This document shows positions 50,248 to 60,170 of a DNA stretch of 64,000 nucleotides, piece by piece. Positions within the stretch are counted from its first letter, which is position 1, and each line of letters opens with the position of its first letter. The stretch covers positions 3,407 to 67,406 of the forward strand of contig JAIXWW010000006.1 of assembly GCA_027491085.1 (NCBI GenBank), written 5' to 3'. The notes below the pieces were generated by a model. That model saw only the letters and a list, made by a program, of their open reading frames with translations. It was not told the origin of the DNA and ran no database searches. The stretch is from Bacteroidota bacterium. Its GTDB lineage: Bacteria; Bacteroidota; Bacteroidia; UKL13-3. The translations under genes were made by a program, and so were the position numbers.

Positions 50248-51984
50248 TTGACAAAAAATAATTATCAAAAATCATTCATTATGCTTGTAAATACCCTTTA
50301 CTTTGCGAAGCTTTTGAATAACCAAGTAACTATATTATCTAAACTTTGCAGCGATTTTGGAATTGAGCATGCTGTAATTTGTCCAGGCTCGCGTTCTGCG
50401 CCATTGGTGTTTGCTTTTAACCGTAATAAAAACATTAAAACTTACGCTATTGTTGATGAACGAAGTGCTGGCTATATTGCCCTTGGTATGGTACAACAAT
50501 TACAAAAACCAGTAGCCTTAATTTGTACCAGTGGCACTGCGGCCCTTAATTTTTTTCCAGCAATAGCCGAAGCATTTTATCAAAAAATTCCTTTAGTTGT
50601 TTTAACTGCCGATAGACCCGCTGAATTGCTTAATCAACAAGATGGACAAATGATTAACCAAGTGAACGTTTTTGGAAGTCATGTAAGGGGAATTTTACAG
50701 TTTGAAGTTCGAAGTTCAGAGTTCGAAGTTCAAAGTTTATTAAATAAATCTATGTTTCCAGTTAAAGGACCAGTGCATATTAATGTGCCTTTGGTAGAAC
50801 CTTTGTACGAAGATTTAGCAATAAGCAATGAGCTCCCGATGCATCGGGAGGTAATAGGCAATAATGAAATAAAAAATAATGATTTTGATGCCACTCAATT
50901 AATCAATGCTTTACAAAAATGTGATTCTAATAAACCAAAAGTTATTCTTGTTGGGCAAGGTTTTCCTAACCAAGAATTAGCTGCAGTTTTAAAAAGTTTG
51001 GAACAAAAAGGCTTTGTAATTTTAGCAGATGTAGTTTCAAATCAACATGAAAGTACTTCTATTTCGCATTGCGATTTGATTATTGCGCAAGCAACATCCG
51101 AAATTTTAAAAACTTTAGAACCTGATTTGATTATAAGCTTGGGTGGACCTGTTTTATCGAAAGCATTAAAACTTTGGCTAAAAAAGCAAAAACCACTCTT
51201 TCATTTTAGAATTCAACAAGATGATGTTTTGGTAAACACTTATGATAATGTTACCGATTATTTAATTACAGATAATATTACACCACTAAAATTTATTACG
51301 GAACATTTTATTCCTAAAAATTTATTTTTGAATAATTGGCAAGAAATAAATGCCAAAGCAAAAAAGCTAGTAACTGATTTTACCCAAAATAATCAAACTG
51401 TGTTTAATGAATTGGTTGCTGTAAATACTGTTTTGGAGCAATTGCCAAACCAAAGTCAATTACAAATTGCTAACAGCACTGCTATACGCTATGTGAGTTA
51501 TTTGGGTTTACCAAACAAAAATTTAACCGTTTTTTGCAACAGAGGCACAAGCGGAATTGATGGTTGTACCTCAACTGCATTGGGCGCAGCTTTAGTTAAT
51601 AATAAAATTACCACTTTAATTACGGGCGATTTGGCGTTTTTTTACGATAGAAATGCTTTTTGGAACAATTATATTCCAAACAATTTGCGTGTAATTTTAT
51701 TAAATAATCATGGAGGAGGAATTTTTAATTTAATTGACGGACCAAGCAGTGCGCCCGAATTAGATAAATTCTTTTTAACCAAACATACACTAAAAGCAAA
51801 AAATTTAGCTGCCGATTTTGGATTAATTTACGAAAATTGCACTTCGCAAAATGAATTGAACCAAGCATTAAATTCGTTTTTTGAACCTTCGGAAACAGCT
51901 AAAATATTGGAACTAAGTTTTGATATGAATAAAAGTGCGGAAGTTTATAAAGCGTTTAGGAAAATGAAAATTGACCATAGTTAA
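50248..51984 (+). CDS. menD: SEPHCHC synthase (menaquinone biosynthesis); true start possibly TTG 50314
   Basis: PGSRSAP, DERSA, TSGTA, TADRP, NRGTSGIDG, GDLAF. Confidence 0.95.
   Translation: MTKNNYQKSFIMLVNTLYFAKLLNNQVTILSKLCSDFGIEHAVICPGSRSAPLVFAFNRNKNIKTYAIVDERSAGYIALGMVQQLQKPVALICTSGTAALNFFPAIAEAFYQKIPLVVLTADRPAELLNQQDGQMINQVNVFGSHVRGILQFEVRSSEFEVQSLLNKSMFPVKGPVHINVPLVEPLYEDLAISNELPMHREVIGNNEIKNNDFDATQLINALQKCDSNKPKVILVGQGFPNQELAAVLKSLEQKGFVILADVVSNQHESTSISHCDLIIAQATSEILKTLEPDLIISLGGPVLSKALKLWLKKQKPLFHFRIQQDDVLVNTYDNVTDYLITDNITPLKFITEHFIPKNLFLNNWQEINAKAKKLVTDFTQNNQTVFNELVAVNTVLEQLPNQSQLQIANSTAIRYVSYLGLPNKNLTVFCNRGTSGIDGCTSTALGAALVNNKITTLITGDLAFFYDRNAFWNNYIPNNLRVILLNNHGGGIFNLIDGPSSAPELDKFFLTKHTLKAKNLAADFGLIYENCTSQNELNQALNSFFEPSETAKILELSFDMNKSAEVYKAFRKMKIDHS
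50701..50868 (+). repeat. heptamer arrays and an 18-bp palindrome inside the menD coding sequence
   Basis: TTTGAAG TTCGAAG TTCAGAG TTCGAAG TTCAAAG (50701-50735); TTAGCAA TAAGCAA TGAG[CTCCCGATGCATCGGGAG]GTAA TAGGCAA. Confidence 0.75.
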
Positions 51985-52041
51985 TAGACGATAGACCATA
52001 ATTAAATTATCTATGGTCTATCAACCATCAACTATAAACTA
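51971..52041. repeat. inverted heptamer arrays at the menD-menB junction
   Basis: TTGACCA TAGTTAA TAGACGA TAGACCA ... TGGTCTA TCAACCA TCAACTA TAAACTA; same family as 16301-16356. Confidence 0.8.
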
Positions 52042-52048
52042 AAATAAT

Positions 52049-52873
52049 ATGACAAGTAAATATAATTGGACAACTCTAAAGGAGTACAAGGAAATTTTAT
52101 TTCAATACTACGAAGGTATTGCTAAAATTAGTATTAACCGTCCGCATGTACACAATGCGTTTACCCCACTTACCGTTCAGGAAATGAGTGAGGCAATGGA
52201 ATTAGCACGCCAAAACCAAGATGTGCGTGTGGTAATTTTAACTGGCGAAGGCGGAAAAGCTTTTTGTAGTGGTGGCGATCAAAGTGTGCGCGGACACGGA
52301 GGTTATGTAGGCGATGATGGAATTCCTCGTTTAAATGTATTGGATTTACAAATGCAAATCCGCAGAATTCCTAAGCCAGTTATAGCAATGGTGGCGGGTT
52401 ATGCCATTGGTGGGGGACATGTATTGCATGTAATTTGCGATATTTCAATAGCTGCCGAAAATGCTAAATTTGGTCAAACAGGACCAAAAGTGGGTAGTTT
52501 TGATGGTGGATTTGGTGCTGGTTATTTAGCTAGAGTAGTTGGCCAAAAGAAAGCCAGAGAAATTTGGTTTTTATGCGACCAATACAATGCGCAAGAAGCT
52601 TTAGATATGGGCTTGGTAAACAAAGTAGTGCCTTTAGAATTGTTAGAAGACGAAACCATCAAATGGTGTCAGAAAATGATTGAAAAAAGTCCTGTGGCTT
52701 TACGTATGATAAAAGCAAGTTTTAATGCTGAATTAGATGGACAAGCTGGTATTCAAGAATTAGCAGGAAATGCTACTTTGCTTTATTACTTGAGCGATGA
52801 AGCTAAAGAAGGTAAAAATTCGTTCTTAGAAAAACGCAAACCCGACTTCAGTAAATTCCCTAAGTTCCCATAA
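52049..52873 (+). CDS. menB: 1,4-dihydroxy-2-naphthoyl-CoA synthase
   Basis: [24 protein letters not shown]. Confidence 0.97.
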   Translation: MTSKYNWTTLKEYKEILFQYYEGIAKISINRPHVHNAFTPLTVQEMSEAMELARQNQDVRVVILTGEGGKAFCSGGDQSVRGHGGYVGDDGIPRLNVLDLQMQIRRIPKPVIAMVAGYAIGGGHVLHVICDISIAAENAKFGQTGPKVGSFDGGFGAGYLARVVGQKKAREIWFLCDQYNAQEALDMGLVNKVVPLELLEDETIKWCQKMIEKSPVALRMIKASFNAELDGQAGIQELAGNATLLYYLSDEAKEGKNSFLEKRKPDFSKFPKFP

Positions 52874-52912
52874 AATTTGTTCCTAAAAAAATAAAACATT
52901 TATTTGCCCCAA

Positions 52913-53929
52913 ATGATTTTAAAACCCAATATTTCGCTTAAACCATTTAATACTTTTGGTATTGATGCCACTGCATCTGATTTTATTGAAATTGATTCGA
53001 TTGAAACGCTTCAATTTGTTATTGATAACTTCAATTTAGCCAACAGAAAAACACTAATTATAGGTGGTGGAAGCAATATTTTATTAACCAAAAATTTTGA
53101 TGGTTTGGTTTTAAAAATGAGCATTAGAGGCATTGAAAAAGTAAAAGAAGACAACGATTATGTGTATTTAAAAGCCATGGCAGGCGAAACCTGGCATGGC
53201 TTTGTAATGCATTGTGTAGCCAATAATTATTCGGGAGTTGAAAACCTTTCGTTAATACCCGGCTGTGTGGGTGCTGCACCTATGCAAAACATTGGTGCTT
53301 ATGGTGTTGAAATTAAAGATACTTGCTTTGAAGTAGAAGCGTACAACATAGAAACCAACGAAGTAAAAATATTTAGCAATGCTGATTGCAAATTTGGCTA
53401 CCGCGAAAGTATTTTTAAGCACGAAGCCAAAGGAAAATACATCATTTCATCGGTTACATTTAAATTAGCTAAACAAGCCAAAATCAATGTTTCGTACGGT
53501 GCCATACAAGATGTATTGAAAAGTAAAAACATCGAAAATCCTACCATTCAAGATGTAAGCGAAGCAGTAATTGCCATCCGCGAGTCAAAATTACCTAACC
53601 CAAAAGTATTGGGAAATGCAGGTAGTTTTTTTAAAAATCCTGAAGTTCCTACTGAAGAATATTTAAGTTTAAAAGAAAAATTCCCAACTTTGGTTGGTTA
53701 CAAAACCAGCGAAACCTATACTAAACTAGCCGCAGGTTGGTTAATTGAACAAAGTGGTTGGAAAGGCAAAGTGGTTGGAAACACTGGCTCGCATAAAGAC
53801 CAAGCTTTGGTTTTGGTAAACTATGGCAATGCAACAGGAAATGAAATTTGGAAATTAGCCATGCAAATTCAAGAATCGGTTTTCGAAAAATTTGGGGTAA
53901 CCATTGTTCCTGAGGTGAATGTGATTTAG
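52913..53929 (+). CDS. murB: UDP-N-acetylmuramate dehydrogenase
   Basis: GGGSNIL, IPGCVGAAPMQNIGAYG, GNAGSFFKNP, PEV; start set at ATG 52913. Confidence 0.96.
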   Translation: MILKPNISLKPFNTFGIDATASDFIEIDSIETLQFVIDNFNLANRKTLIIGGGSNILLTKNFDGLVLKMSIRGIEKVKEDNDYVYLKAMAGETWHGFVMHCVANNYSGVENLSLIPGCVGAAPMQNIGAYGVEIKDTCFEVEAYNIETNEVKIFSNADCKFGYRESIFKHEAKGKYIISSVTFKLAKQAKINVSYGAIQDVLKSKNIENPTIQDVSEAVIAIRESKLPNPKVLGNAGSFFKNPEVPTEEYLSLKEKFPTLVGYKTSETYTKLAAGWLIEQSGWKGKVVGNTGSHKDQALVLVNYGNATGNEIWKLAMQIQESVFEKFGVTIVPEVNVI

Positions 53930-53944
53930 GATTTGTTGGAAAAG

Positions 53945-54146
53945 TAACCACATCCCGATAGCTATCGGGATTCACAGATTACACAGATTTTTTTTGTTTA
54001 ACCGCAAAGGAAGCAAGGACTTTCGCGAAGAACGTTTAGATGTTTAGTCATTGCAGGCGTCCTAGCCTGCAATAAAAAGATGTTGGCCAAGGACGCCAAC
54101 ATCGGCATCATCAAATTTTCCTATGCAAATGTGTAATCTGTGGCTA
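53945..54146. repeat. mosaic of small repeat families between convergent genes
   Basis: CACAGATT repeats with an inserted palindrome; ACCGCAAAG repeat; two hairpins with GCGTCCT/AGGACGC cores (54050-54073, 54079-54103); closing TGTGTAATCTGTGG. Confidence 0.75.
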
Positions 54147-54149
54147 ATT

Positions 54150-55343
54150 CTATTTAGTTTCCCAAAAACGATATTGTTTGGTTTCGTTAAATATAAAAGT
54201 CAAAATATTTTTATCGTCTTCGGTTAGTTCTACATTTCTGCGTTTATAAACGGCTTCAGCTGTTTTAAAAAACTTATTGATTACAAATGTTTCAAAACCT
54301 TGTGCGCCACCCCAAGCAAAATCAGGAATGAAGTTGCGTGGAAAACCTGCGCCAAACACATTTGCGCCCACTCCTACTACCGTTCCTGTGTTAAACATGG
54401 TGTTTATACCACATTTAGCATGATCGGCCATTATTAAGCCGCAAAACGTTAAGCCCGTCTTTTCAAACTTTTGTTTATCGTAATTCCAAAGTTTTACTTC
54501 ATCGTAAGTATTTTTAAGGTTAGAGTTATTGGTATCTGCACCCATATTTACCCACTCGCCAATTACTGCATTGCCCACAAACCCATCATGACCTTTATTG
54601 CTGTAAGCAAAAAACACTGCGTTACTAACCTCACCACCTACTTTGCAATAAGGACCAACAGTAGTTCCACCGTAAATTTTAGCATCCATTTTTAAACCAG
54701 CATGTTCGCACAAGGCAAAAGGCCCGCGTATTTTGCAGCCTTCCATTACTTCAGCATCGGCAGCTATATAAATTGGTCCACCCGAAGCATTTAAAATACT
54801 GCATTCTACAATAGCGCCTTCTTCTAAAAACACATTTTCGGGTTTTATAACTTGGTTGGTACTTGAAATTGGTTGCGATTTACGACCAGCAGTTAATAAT
54901 TTAAAATCATCTTCAATACCTTTGGCATTGTTCGAAAAAATATCTTGAGGAAATTTGATATGAATAAAATCCTCCGCTATGGTTTCAATTAATTCAAATT
55001 GAGTAGCAATATTGGCAATATCAACAAACAAAGCACTGTTAAAGGCAATAATTACATTGTTTTTATAAAGCGCTTGTCCTTTGGTTAAACTGCTAATTTC
55101 ATTTACTAAAACCTCTGTAGGGCAAATACTTCCATTAACAAAAATATTTTCAGCAGCTAATGTAATTGGAAATTTGTTTTGCAAATAATCCATTGTTAAA
55201 TACGAAACATTGGTTTTTAAATGCTTTTCCCATTTTTGAGCTATGGTTAAAATACCACACCTAACATTAGCCACAGGCCTAGTAAAAGTTAATGGTAACA
55301 AATTTTGTCTATCGGTAGGGTTATCAAATAAAATGTAATTCAT
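54150..55343 (-). CDS. GlmU-related sugar nucleotidyltransferase/acetyltransferase (Bacteroidota type)
   Basis: LLPLTFTRP, hexapeptide repeats, NKGHDGFVG, GADTNNSNLKN. Confidence 0.85.
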   Translation of the reverse strand: MNYILFDNPTDRQNLLPLTFTRPVANVRCGILTIAQKWEKHLKTNVSYLTMDYLQNKFPITLAAENIFVNGSICPTEVLVNEISSLTKGQALYKNNVIIAFNSALFVDIANIATQFELIETIAEDFIHIKFPQDIFSNNAKGIEDDFKLLTAGRKSQPISSTNQVIKPENVFLEEGAIVECSILNASGGPIYIAADAEVMEGCKIRGPFALCEHAGLKMDAKIYGGTTVGPYCKVGGEVSNAVFFAYSNKGHDGFVGNAVIGEWVNMGADTNNSNLKNTYDEVKLWNYDKQKFEKTGLTFCGLIMADHAKCGINTMFNTGTVVGVGANVFGAGFPRNFIPDFAWGGAQGFETFVINKFFKTAEAVYKRRNVELTEDDKNILTFIFNETKQYRFWETK

Positions 55344-55388
55344 AGTGTAAAAATTTTTATAAAATAAAACTGCAATTAGCTAAAAATA

Positions 55389-55414
55389 AAAAAGCCTTCC
55401 AAATGGAAGGCTTT
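55389..55414 (-). terminator. terminator of rpmE2
   Basis: AAAGCCTTCCA/TGGAAGGCTTT hairpin with an A-tract on +. Confidence 0.8.
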
Positions 55415-55436
55415 AAATATTTGTAAACAAAAAAAA

Positions 55437-55685
55437 TTATTTTTTTGCGTAACGTTTGTTGAATTTATCAATACGACCTGCAGTATCAATTAACATGCTT
55501 TGGCCTGTAAAAAACGGATGTGATTTGTAAGAAATCTCTAATTTGAATAAAGGATATTCAATTCCATCTTCTAATGTAATTGTATCTTTAGTATCTACTG
55601 TTGAACCAGTTACAAAAGTATATCCGTTACTCATATCTTTAAATGCAACTTTTCTATAATTTTCTGGATGAATTCCTGCTTTCAT
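55437..55685 (-). CDS. rpmE2: 50S ribosomal protein L31 type B
   Basis: MKAGIHP...SHPFFTG...DTAGRIDKF; start set at ATG 55685. Confidence 0.96.
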   Translation of the reverse strand: MKAGIHPENYRKVAFKDMSNGYTFVTGSTVDTKDTITLEDGIEYPLFKLEISYKSHPFFTGQSMLIDTAGRIDKFNKRYAKK

Positions 55686-55706
55686 TTTATTTATTATTTT
55701 GGAGTG

Positions 55707-55737
55707 CAAAAGTAATTTATTTTGAAATAAATGCAAA
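55707..55737 (-). promoter_or_regulatory. rpmE2 promoter
   Basis: TTTG-N19-TACTTTTG. Confidence 0.75.
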
Positions 55738-55849
55738 TATATTCGAGAAAAATATTTTTATTTTACCATAAAATAATCCAAAAGCATTGTAAAATCTATT
55801 CGGAAAGCTTTTAATAATAAATATATTTGCCCTATAATTTTTTATAAAA

Positions 55850-56347
55850 GTGAAAACAAAAGTACTCAATCATTCAGACATTGAAAAAATTATTAAGCGT
55901 ATGGCTTACCAAATTTATGAAAATAATTTTGGCGATAAACACATTACGTTTGTTGGCATTAGCTCGCGCGGATATGAAATTGCTAAATTATTGCAAGCTG
56001 AATTAGATATAATCAGTAATTTAAAATCAAATTTACTTGAAATTACTATTGATAAAGAAGCGCCATCTATTGAAAGTACGGTAATTAAACCTACAAAATT
56101 TGAAGTAAAAGGCACTGTAGTAATTATTGATGATGTGTTAAACACCGGCCGCACTTTGGTTTATGCAGCATTGCCATTTTTAAATTATAAAATAGCTAAA
56201 TTACAAGTAGCAGTGTTGGTTGATAGAAACCATAAAAAATTTCCAATAGCTGCTGATTATACTGGCATTCAGTTAAACACTACTTTTCAAGAACATGTAA
56301 GTGTGGAACAAAATAAAAAGAAACATTTTGAAGTTTACTTACAGTAA
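55850..56347 (+). CDS. PyrR-like phosphoribosyltransferase
   Basis: RMAYQIYE, IIDDVLNTGRT, LVDR.H..FPI.ADY.G. Confidence 0.85.
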   Translation: MKTKVLNHSDIEKIIKRMAYQIYENNFGDKHITFVGISSRGYEIAKLLQAELDIISNLKSNLLEITIDKEAPSIESTVIKPTKFEVKGTVVIIDDVLNTGRTLVYAALPFLNYKIAKLQVAVLVDRNHKKFPIAADYTGIQLNTTFQEHVSVEQNKKKHFEVYLQ

Positions 56348-56379
56348 AGTGAAATAAAAACATTTAATGTGTAAAAACA

Positions 56380-56409
56380 AAAAAGGCTGTTCAAACGAAC
56401 AGCCTTTTT
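56380..56409. terminator. bidirectional terminator
   Basis: AAAAAGGCTGTTC/GAACAGCCTTTTT between convergent genes. Confidence 0.85.
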
Positions 56410-56437
56410 AATTTCTTTGCTACAATAGCTTGTTAAA

Positions 56438-56710
56438 TTACTTAACTTTAGCTTGTAAGTTAGCACCAGCTTTGAACTTAACAACCTTTTTAGCAGGAAT
56501 GTTAATTTCTTTACCCGTTTGAGGATTACGTCCTTTACGAGCAGCACGTTTAGTTACCGAAAAGGTTCCAAAACCAACTAAAATTACTTTGTCGTTTTTC
56601 TTTAATGCTCCTTGAGTTGATAACATAAATGCATCTAAAGAAGCAGCAGCTTGAACTTTAGTAATACCGGCAGCTTTTGCCATTGAATCGATTAAGTCTG
56701 ATTTGTTCAT
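56438..56710 (-). CDS. hup: DNA-binding protein HU
   Basis: MNKSDLI, GFGTF, GRNPQTG. Confidence 0.96.
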   Translation of the reverse strand: MNKSDLIDSMAKAAGITKVQAAASLDAFMLSTQGALKKNDKVILVGFGTFSVTKRAARKGRNPQTGKEINIPAKKVVKFKAGANLQAKVK

Positions 56711-56852
56711 ATATTATATTTAAAAATTTTTGCATAACGAAAGTAGTTATACTATTTAAAAAATCAAGTGTTGTGTCAAATTTTTCAAAAAAAATACAAA
56801 ATTAAATTTTCACACATTATCAACAAAAAGCAAGGATTAGTTATATTTAATA

Positions 56853-57353
56853 CTAAAAACCATATGTTAAAATTAGCTGAGACGCTTTATTTACAAAGGT
56901 TTGCACTGATTCTTGTGGTACACCAAAAGTGTATTTTGCTTGGCTATAATAGTCTTTTCTTTTAATCAATAATTCATCTATTTTTACTTCAATTTCGGGC
57001 TTTAAAAGGTTAAAGAACAATGGTCTCTGCTTCTTTGCATTCAAAATTCTATCTACCAAAATACCTTTATTGGCATTTATGTAAATAGTTATGCCTGTAT
57101 TATTCATCAATTGCATGTTGGTAAAATAACAAGGACAACCTCCGCCAGTACTCACTAAAACATGGCTTAAAAGTGATGTTTCAAGTAAACATTTCTGCTC
57201 TATATCTCTAAAATATTCTTCACCTTTTTGTTCAAAAATATTTTCAATACTCATACCTGTTGTTTTTTCAATCATTTCATCAAGATCAATAAACGAGTAT
57301 TTTAAGGCATTGGCAAGCTTTTTACCCCAAGTACTTTTACCTGAACCTGGCAT
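56853..57353 (-). CDS. aroK: shikimate kinase; N-terminus probably extends upstream of this ATG
   Basis: GSGKST, IDLD, GEEYFR..E, STGGG, RPL. Confidence 0.9.
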   Translation of the reverse strand: MPGSGKSTWGKKLANALKYSFIDLDEMIEKTTGMSIENIFEQKGEEYFRDIEQKCLLETSLLSHVLVSTGGGCPCYFTNMQLMNNTGITIYINANKGILVDRILNAKKQRPLFFNLLKPEIEVKIDELLIKRKDYYSQAKYTFGVPQESVQTFVNKASQLILTYGF

Positions 57354-57390
57354 GCCGATTATATATACTCTTTGATTTTTGATAACAGCT

Positions 57391-57425
57391 TCTTGAATTA
57401 TGAATGGTGAATTATGAATTTTGAA
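57391..57425. repeat. heptamer array
   Basis: TCTTGAA TTATGAA TGGTGAA TTATGAA TTTTGAA. Confidence 0.75.
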
Positions 57426-57483
57426 TGCGTTTGAAAGTAACTACTTTAATATACTAATTACCAATAAACTGAATAACTAATAA

Positions 57484-58596
57484 TTATTGCATGTAACGCA
57501 TTACAATATCGTAGGTTGGGAAGTTATAAGCACTCCATTTTTTTACAACCACTCCACCTTTCATTAATATCAATCCTGGGTTTGAGCGAACCATTGATTT
57601 TAAAGGAACTGCATCTACTGTATAATAATTAAATGCCAATTGATTTTGATGGCGATAAGCCTCTAAAGTTTCAGCCGAAGTTGCAGTTAAAGCCCAAAAT
57701 TCTTTGCCATCTTTTTTACAATCATCGGCTAATAAAGCTATTTGTTTTTCTAAGCCTTTGCGGCCTTCGGTTACCGATTTTTGAACCAATACTAGTTTAA
57801 AACCTTTATTGGCAAATAAACTATCTGTATAGTTTAAACCATCGGTATTGGTAAGGCTAAAATCGTGAATAGGCGCCTTGCAACCTTCGCGCACTACTTT
57901 ATCAATTCTATCTACAAATTTATAGTTAGTATCGTTTGGAATATGGTTAACATCAAATTCTTCTTTTACGCCATTTTTTTCGTAAATAAACATCATAACG
58001 ACCGAATCTACTGGAGAACCCGGAGGGCAAACCATTTTATCTGGAATATTATTACCAACTTTGTATGGTAAAAAATCTTTTACAGGTAAAAACATGTAAG
58101 TGTAAAAAGTAAAGAATGTTACTACTAAAAATGCTACCGAAAGTGCAATATTTTGCAAAGTAAATTTCAGTAGTGGTTTTAAATGTTTTTGCCCAAAGAA
58201 AATGAATAAAATAAGCACCAATAAAATCAAATCTTTATAAAACGATTCAACAGGTTTTAACTTAATGGCATCGCCAAAGCAACCGCAATCGGTAACTTTA
58301 TGGGTAATGGCTGAATAGCCTGTTAAAAGTGTAAAAAACACTATCATTAATAATAATAACCATGCATTTAGTTTATTAAAAGCACCTAGCAATAATGCTA
58401 CACCACTAATAATTTCGAAAATACAAATAAACATGGCCAAAGACACTGCATAAGGAATAAAAATTGGCATGTGAAACACCTCAAAATATTCTTCTAATTT
58501 ATAACTAAAACCTATGGTATCATTGGCTTTAATTAATCCTGAAATAATAAATAATACGCCTACAAATACTCGGCTAATTTGTGTTATAATTTTCAT
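57484..58596 (-). CDS. DoxX/MauE-like membrane protein (BT_3928 family)
   Basis: SGLIKAND..GF.YKL.EYF, DCGCFGD, RSNPG. Confidence 0.8.
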   Translation of the reverse strand: MKIITQISRVFVGVLFIISGLIKANDTIGFSYKLEEYFEVFHMPIFIPYAVSLAMFICIFEIISGVALLLGAFNKLNAWLLLLMIVFFTLLTGYSAITHKVTDCGCFGDAIKLKPVESFYKDLILLVLILFIFFGQKHLKPLLKFTLQNIALSVAFLVVTFFTFYTYMFLPVKDFLPYKVGNNIPDKMVCPPGSPVDSVVMMFIYEKNGVKEEFDVNHIPNDTNYKFVDRIDKVVREGCKAPIHDFSLTNTDGLNYTDSLFANKGFKLVLVQKSVTEGRKGLEKQIALLADDCKKDGKEFWALTATSAETLEAYRHQNQLAFNYYTVDAVPLKSMVRSNPGLILMKGGVVVKKWSAYNFPTYDIVMRYMQ

Positions 58597-58604
58597 GTGT
58601 TTAT

Positions 58605-58732
58605 ATTGTTAAAATTGTTGTATTGCTTAATTGTTAAATTGTTTAACTGCTGAATTGTATAATTGTTCAATAGCTTATTGAACTTTTGGAAACAACCCCA
58701 GAGGCCAGAAGCTAGAGGCTAGAGGCCGAAAG
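58605..58732. repeat. octamer array followed by a heptamer array
   Basis: (AATTGTTn)-type 8-mers at about 58605-58668; CCAGAGG CCAGAAG CTAGAGG CTAGAGG CCGAAAG at 58698-58732. Confidence 0.75.
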
Positions 58733-59257
58733 CTTAATTAAAGCAAAAACAGAATAATTTATCATATCCATTAAGTTGCTATCAATTCCTTCGCTGGCTA
58801 TGGTTTTTCCTTTATTATCTAAAATTTGTTTCATACGCTGAATGCGCATTAATTGCATATCAGTAAAGGTGGTAACCAACATATCGCGCCAAACTTCGCC
58901 ATAATCGTGGTTTTTTTCTTCCATCAAGGTTTTGGTTTGTGATACATATTTATCGTAAAGCATAGCAATGGTTTCTTGTGGTAAATCCATTTGTTTGTTA
59001 TCAACCAATTCTAATTGAATTAAACCCATAATACAATAATTAATAATGCCCATAAACTCAGGTTCAATACCCTCGTTTACCTTCATGGTTCCATTATCTT
59101 CAATGGTTCTAATACGGTTAGCTTTTATATAAATTTGGTCTATAATACTACTAATACGCATTATGCGCCACGAAGTACCATAATCTGCATTTTTATTTAT
59201 AAATACTGCTCTACATTTCTGTATTACAGAATCGTATTGAGTTGAAGTTTTGCTCAT
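58712..59257 (-). CDS. DUF1599 (nucleotide-modification-associated domain) protein with two tandem domains
   Basis: KNADYGTSW...GIINY and KNHDYGEVW...DMINY. Confidence 0.8.
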   Translation of the reverse strand: MSKTSTQYDSVIQKCRAVFINKNADYGTSWRIMRISSIIDQIYIKANRIRTIEDNGTMKVNEGIEPEFMGIINYCIMGLIQLELVDNKQMDLPQETIAMLYDKYVSQTKTLMEEKNHDYGEVWRDMLVTTFTDMQLMRIQRMKQILDNKGKTIASEGIDSNLMDMINYSVFALIKLSASSL

Positions 59258-59324
59258 TCTGTTTTTTAAAAATTATTTATAAAACCTATTTTTATATTGC
59301 GCAAAATTAAACCTACATCTCACA

Positions 59325-60170
59325 TTGCAAACATTTAAATCTAAAAAATATATTAATTGTAAAGGAAAATTGGTAAACCTTGAAAAACCTGCTGTAATGG
59401 GTATTTTAAATATTACCAACGATAGTTTTTTTGATGGAGGCAAACACAATTCGGTTGATAATGCGCTTTTTCAAACTGAAAAAATGCTGAACGAGGGTGC
59501 TACTTTTATAGATATTGGCGCACAATCTACTAGGCCAGGAGCTGATATGATAGGTCAAGAAGCCGAATTAAAAGCCGCTATTCCTGTAATTGAAAAACTA
59601 GCTGAAAAATTTCCTGAAATTATTATCTCCATTGATACTTTTAGAGCCGAAGTGGCCCAACAAGCCATAGCCGCAGGTGCTGCTATGATTAACGATGTAT
59701 CTGGTGGAGAAGATGACCCAAAAATGTTTGAAACTGTAATTAACTTAAAAGTGCCATATATTTTAATGCACAAACAAGGCGATTATAAAACCATGCACCA
59801 TAACCCCACTTATCAAAATGTGGTTACTGATATTATGAACTATTTTATTCCAAAAGTAGAGTATTTAAAGCAAAATGGTGTAGCTGATTTAATTTTAGAT
59901 TTGGGGTTTGGGTTTGGCAAAAACTTAGAGCATAATTACGAATTGCTTAGTAAAATGGATAGATTCAAAATATTTGAATTACCAATTTTAGTAGGAGTTT
60001 CTCGCAAAAAAATGATTCAAAATGTAATAGAAGCTGATGCACAACACGCACTTAACGGCACTACTGTAGTTAATACCATAGCCTTGATGAAAGGCGCTAA
60101 AATACTGCGCGTTCATGATGTAAAAGAAGCTGTTGAAGCAGTGAAGATAATGATGCAGTGTAAATGCTGA
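59325..60170 (+). CDS. folP: dihydropteroate synthase
   Basis: MGILNIT.DSF.DGG, STRPG, GFGK, SRK, RVHDV. Confidence 0.96.
   Translation: MQTFKSKKYINCKGKLVNLEKPAVMGILNITNDSFFDGGKHNSVDNALFQTEKMLNEGATFIDIGAQSTRPGADMIGQEAELKAAIPVIEKLAEKFPEIIISIDTFRAEVAQQAIAAGAAMINDVSGGEDDPKMFETVINLKVPYILMHKQGDYKTMHHNPTYQNVVTDIMNYFIPKVEYLKQNGVADLILDLGFGFGKNLEHNYELLSKMDRFKIFELPILVGVSRKKMIQNVIEADAQHALNGTTVVNTIALMKGAKILRVHDVKEAVEAVKIMMQCKC

Noticed and set aside
32217-55685. Zn-free L36, S14 and L31 as a zinc-starvation adaptation
   Set aside because: These are the usual forms in Bacteroidota, and L36 and S14 sit in their normal operon positions
55740-55850. PyrR attenuator upstream of the PyrR-like gene
   Set aside because: No PyrR-binding loop motif or terminator/antiterminator, and no pyr genes nearby
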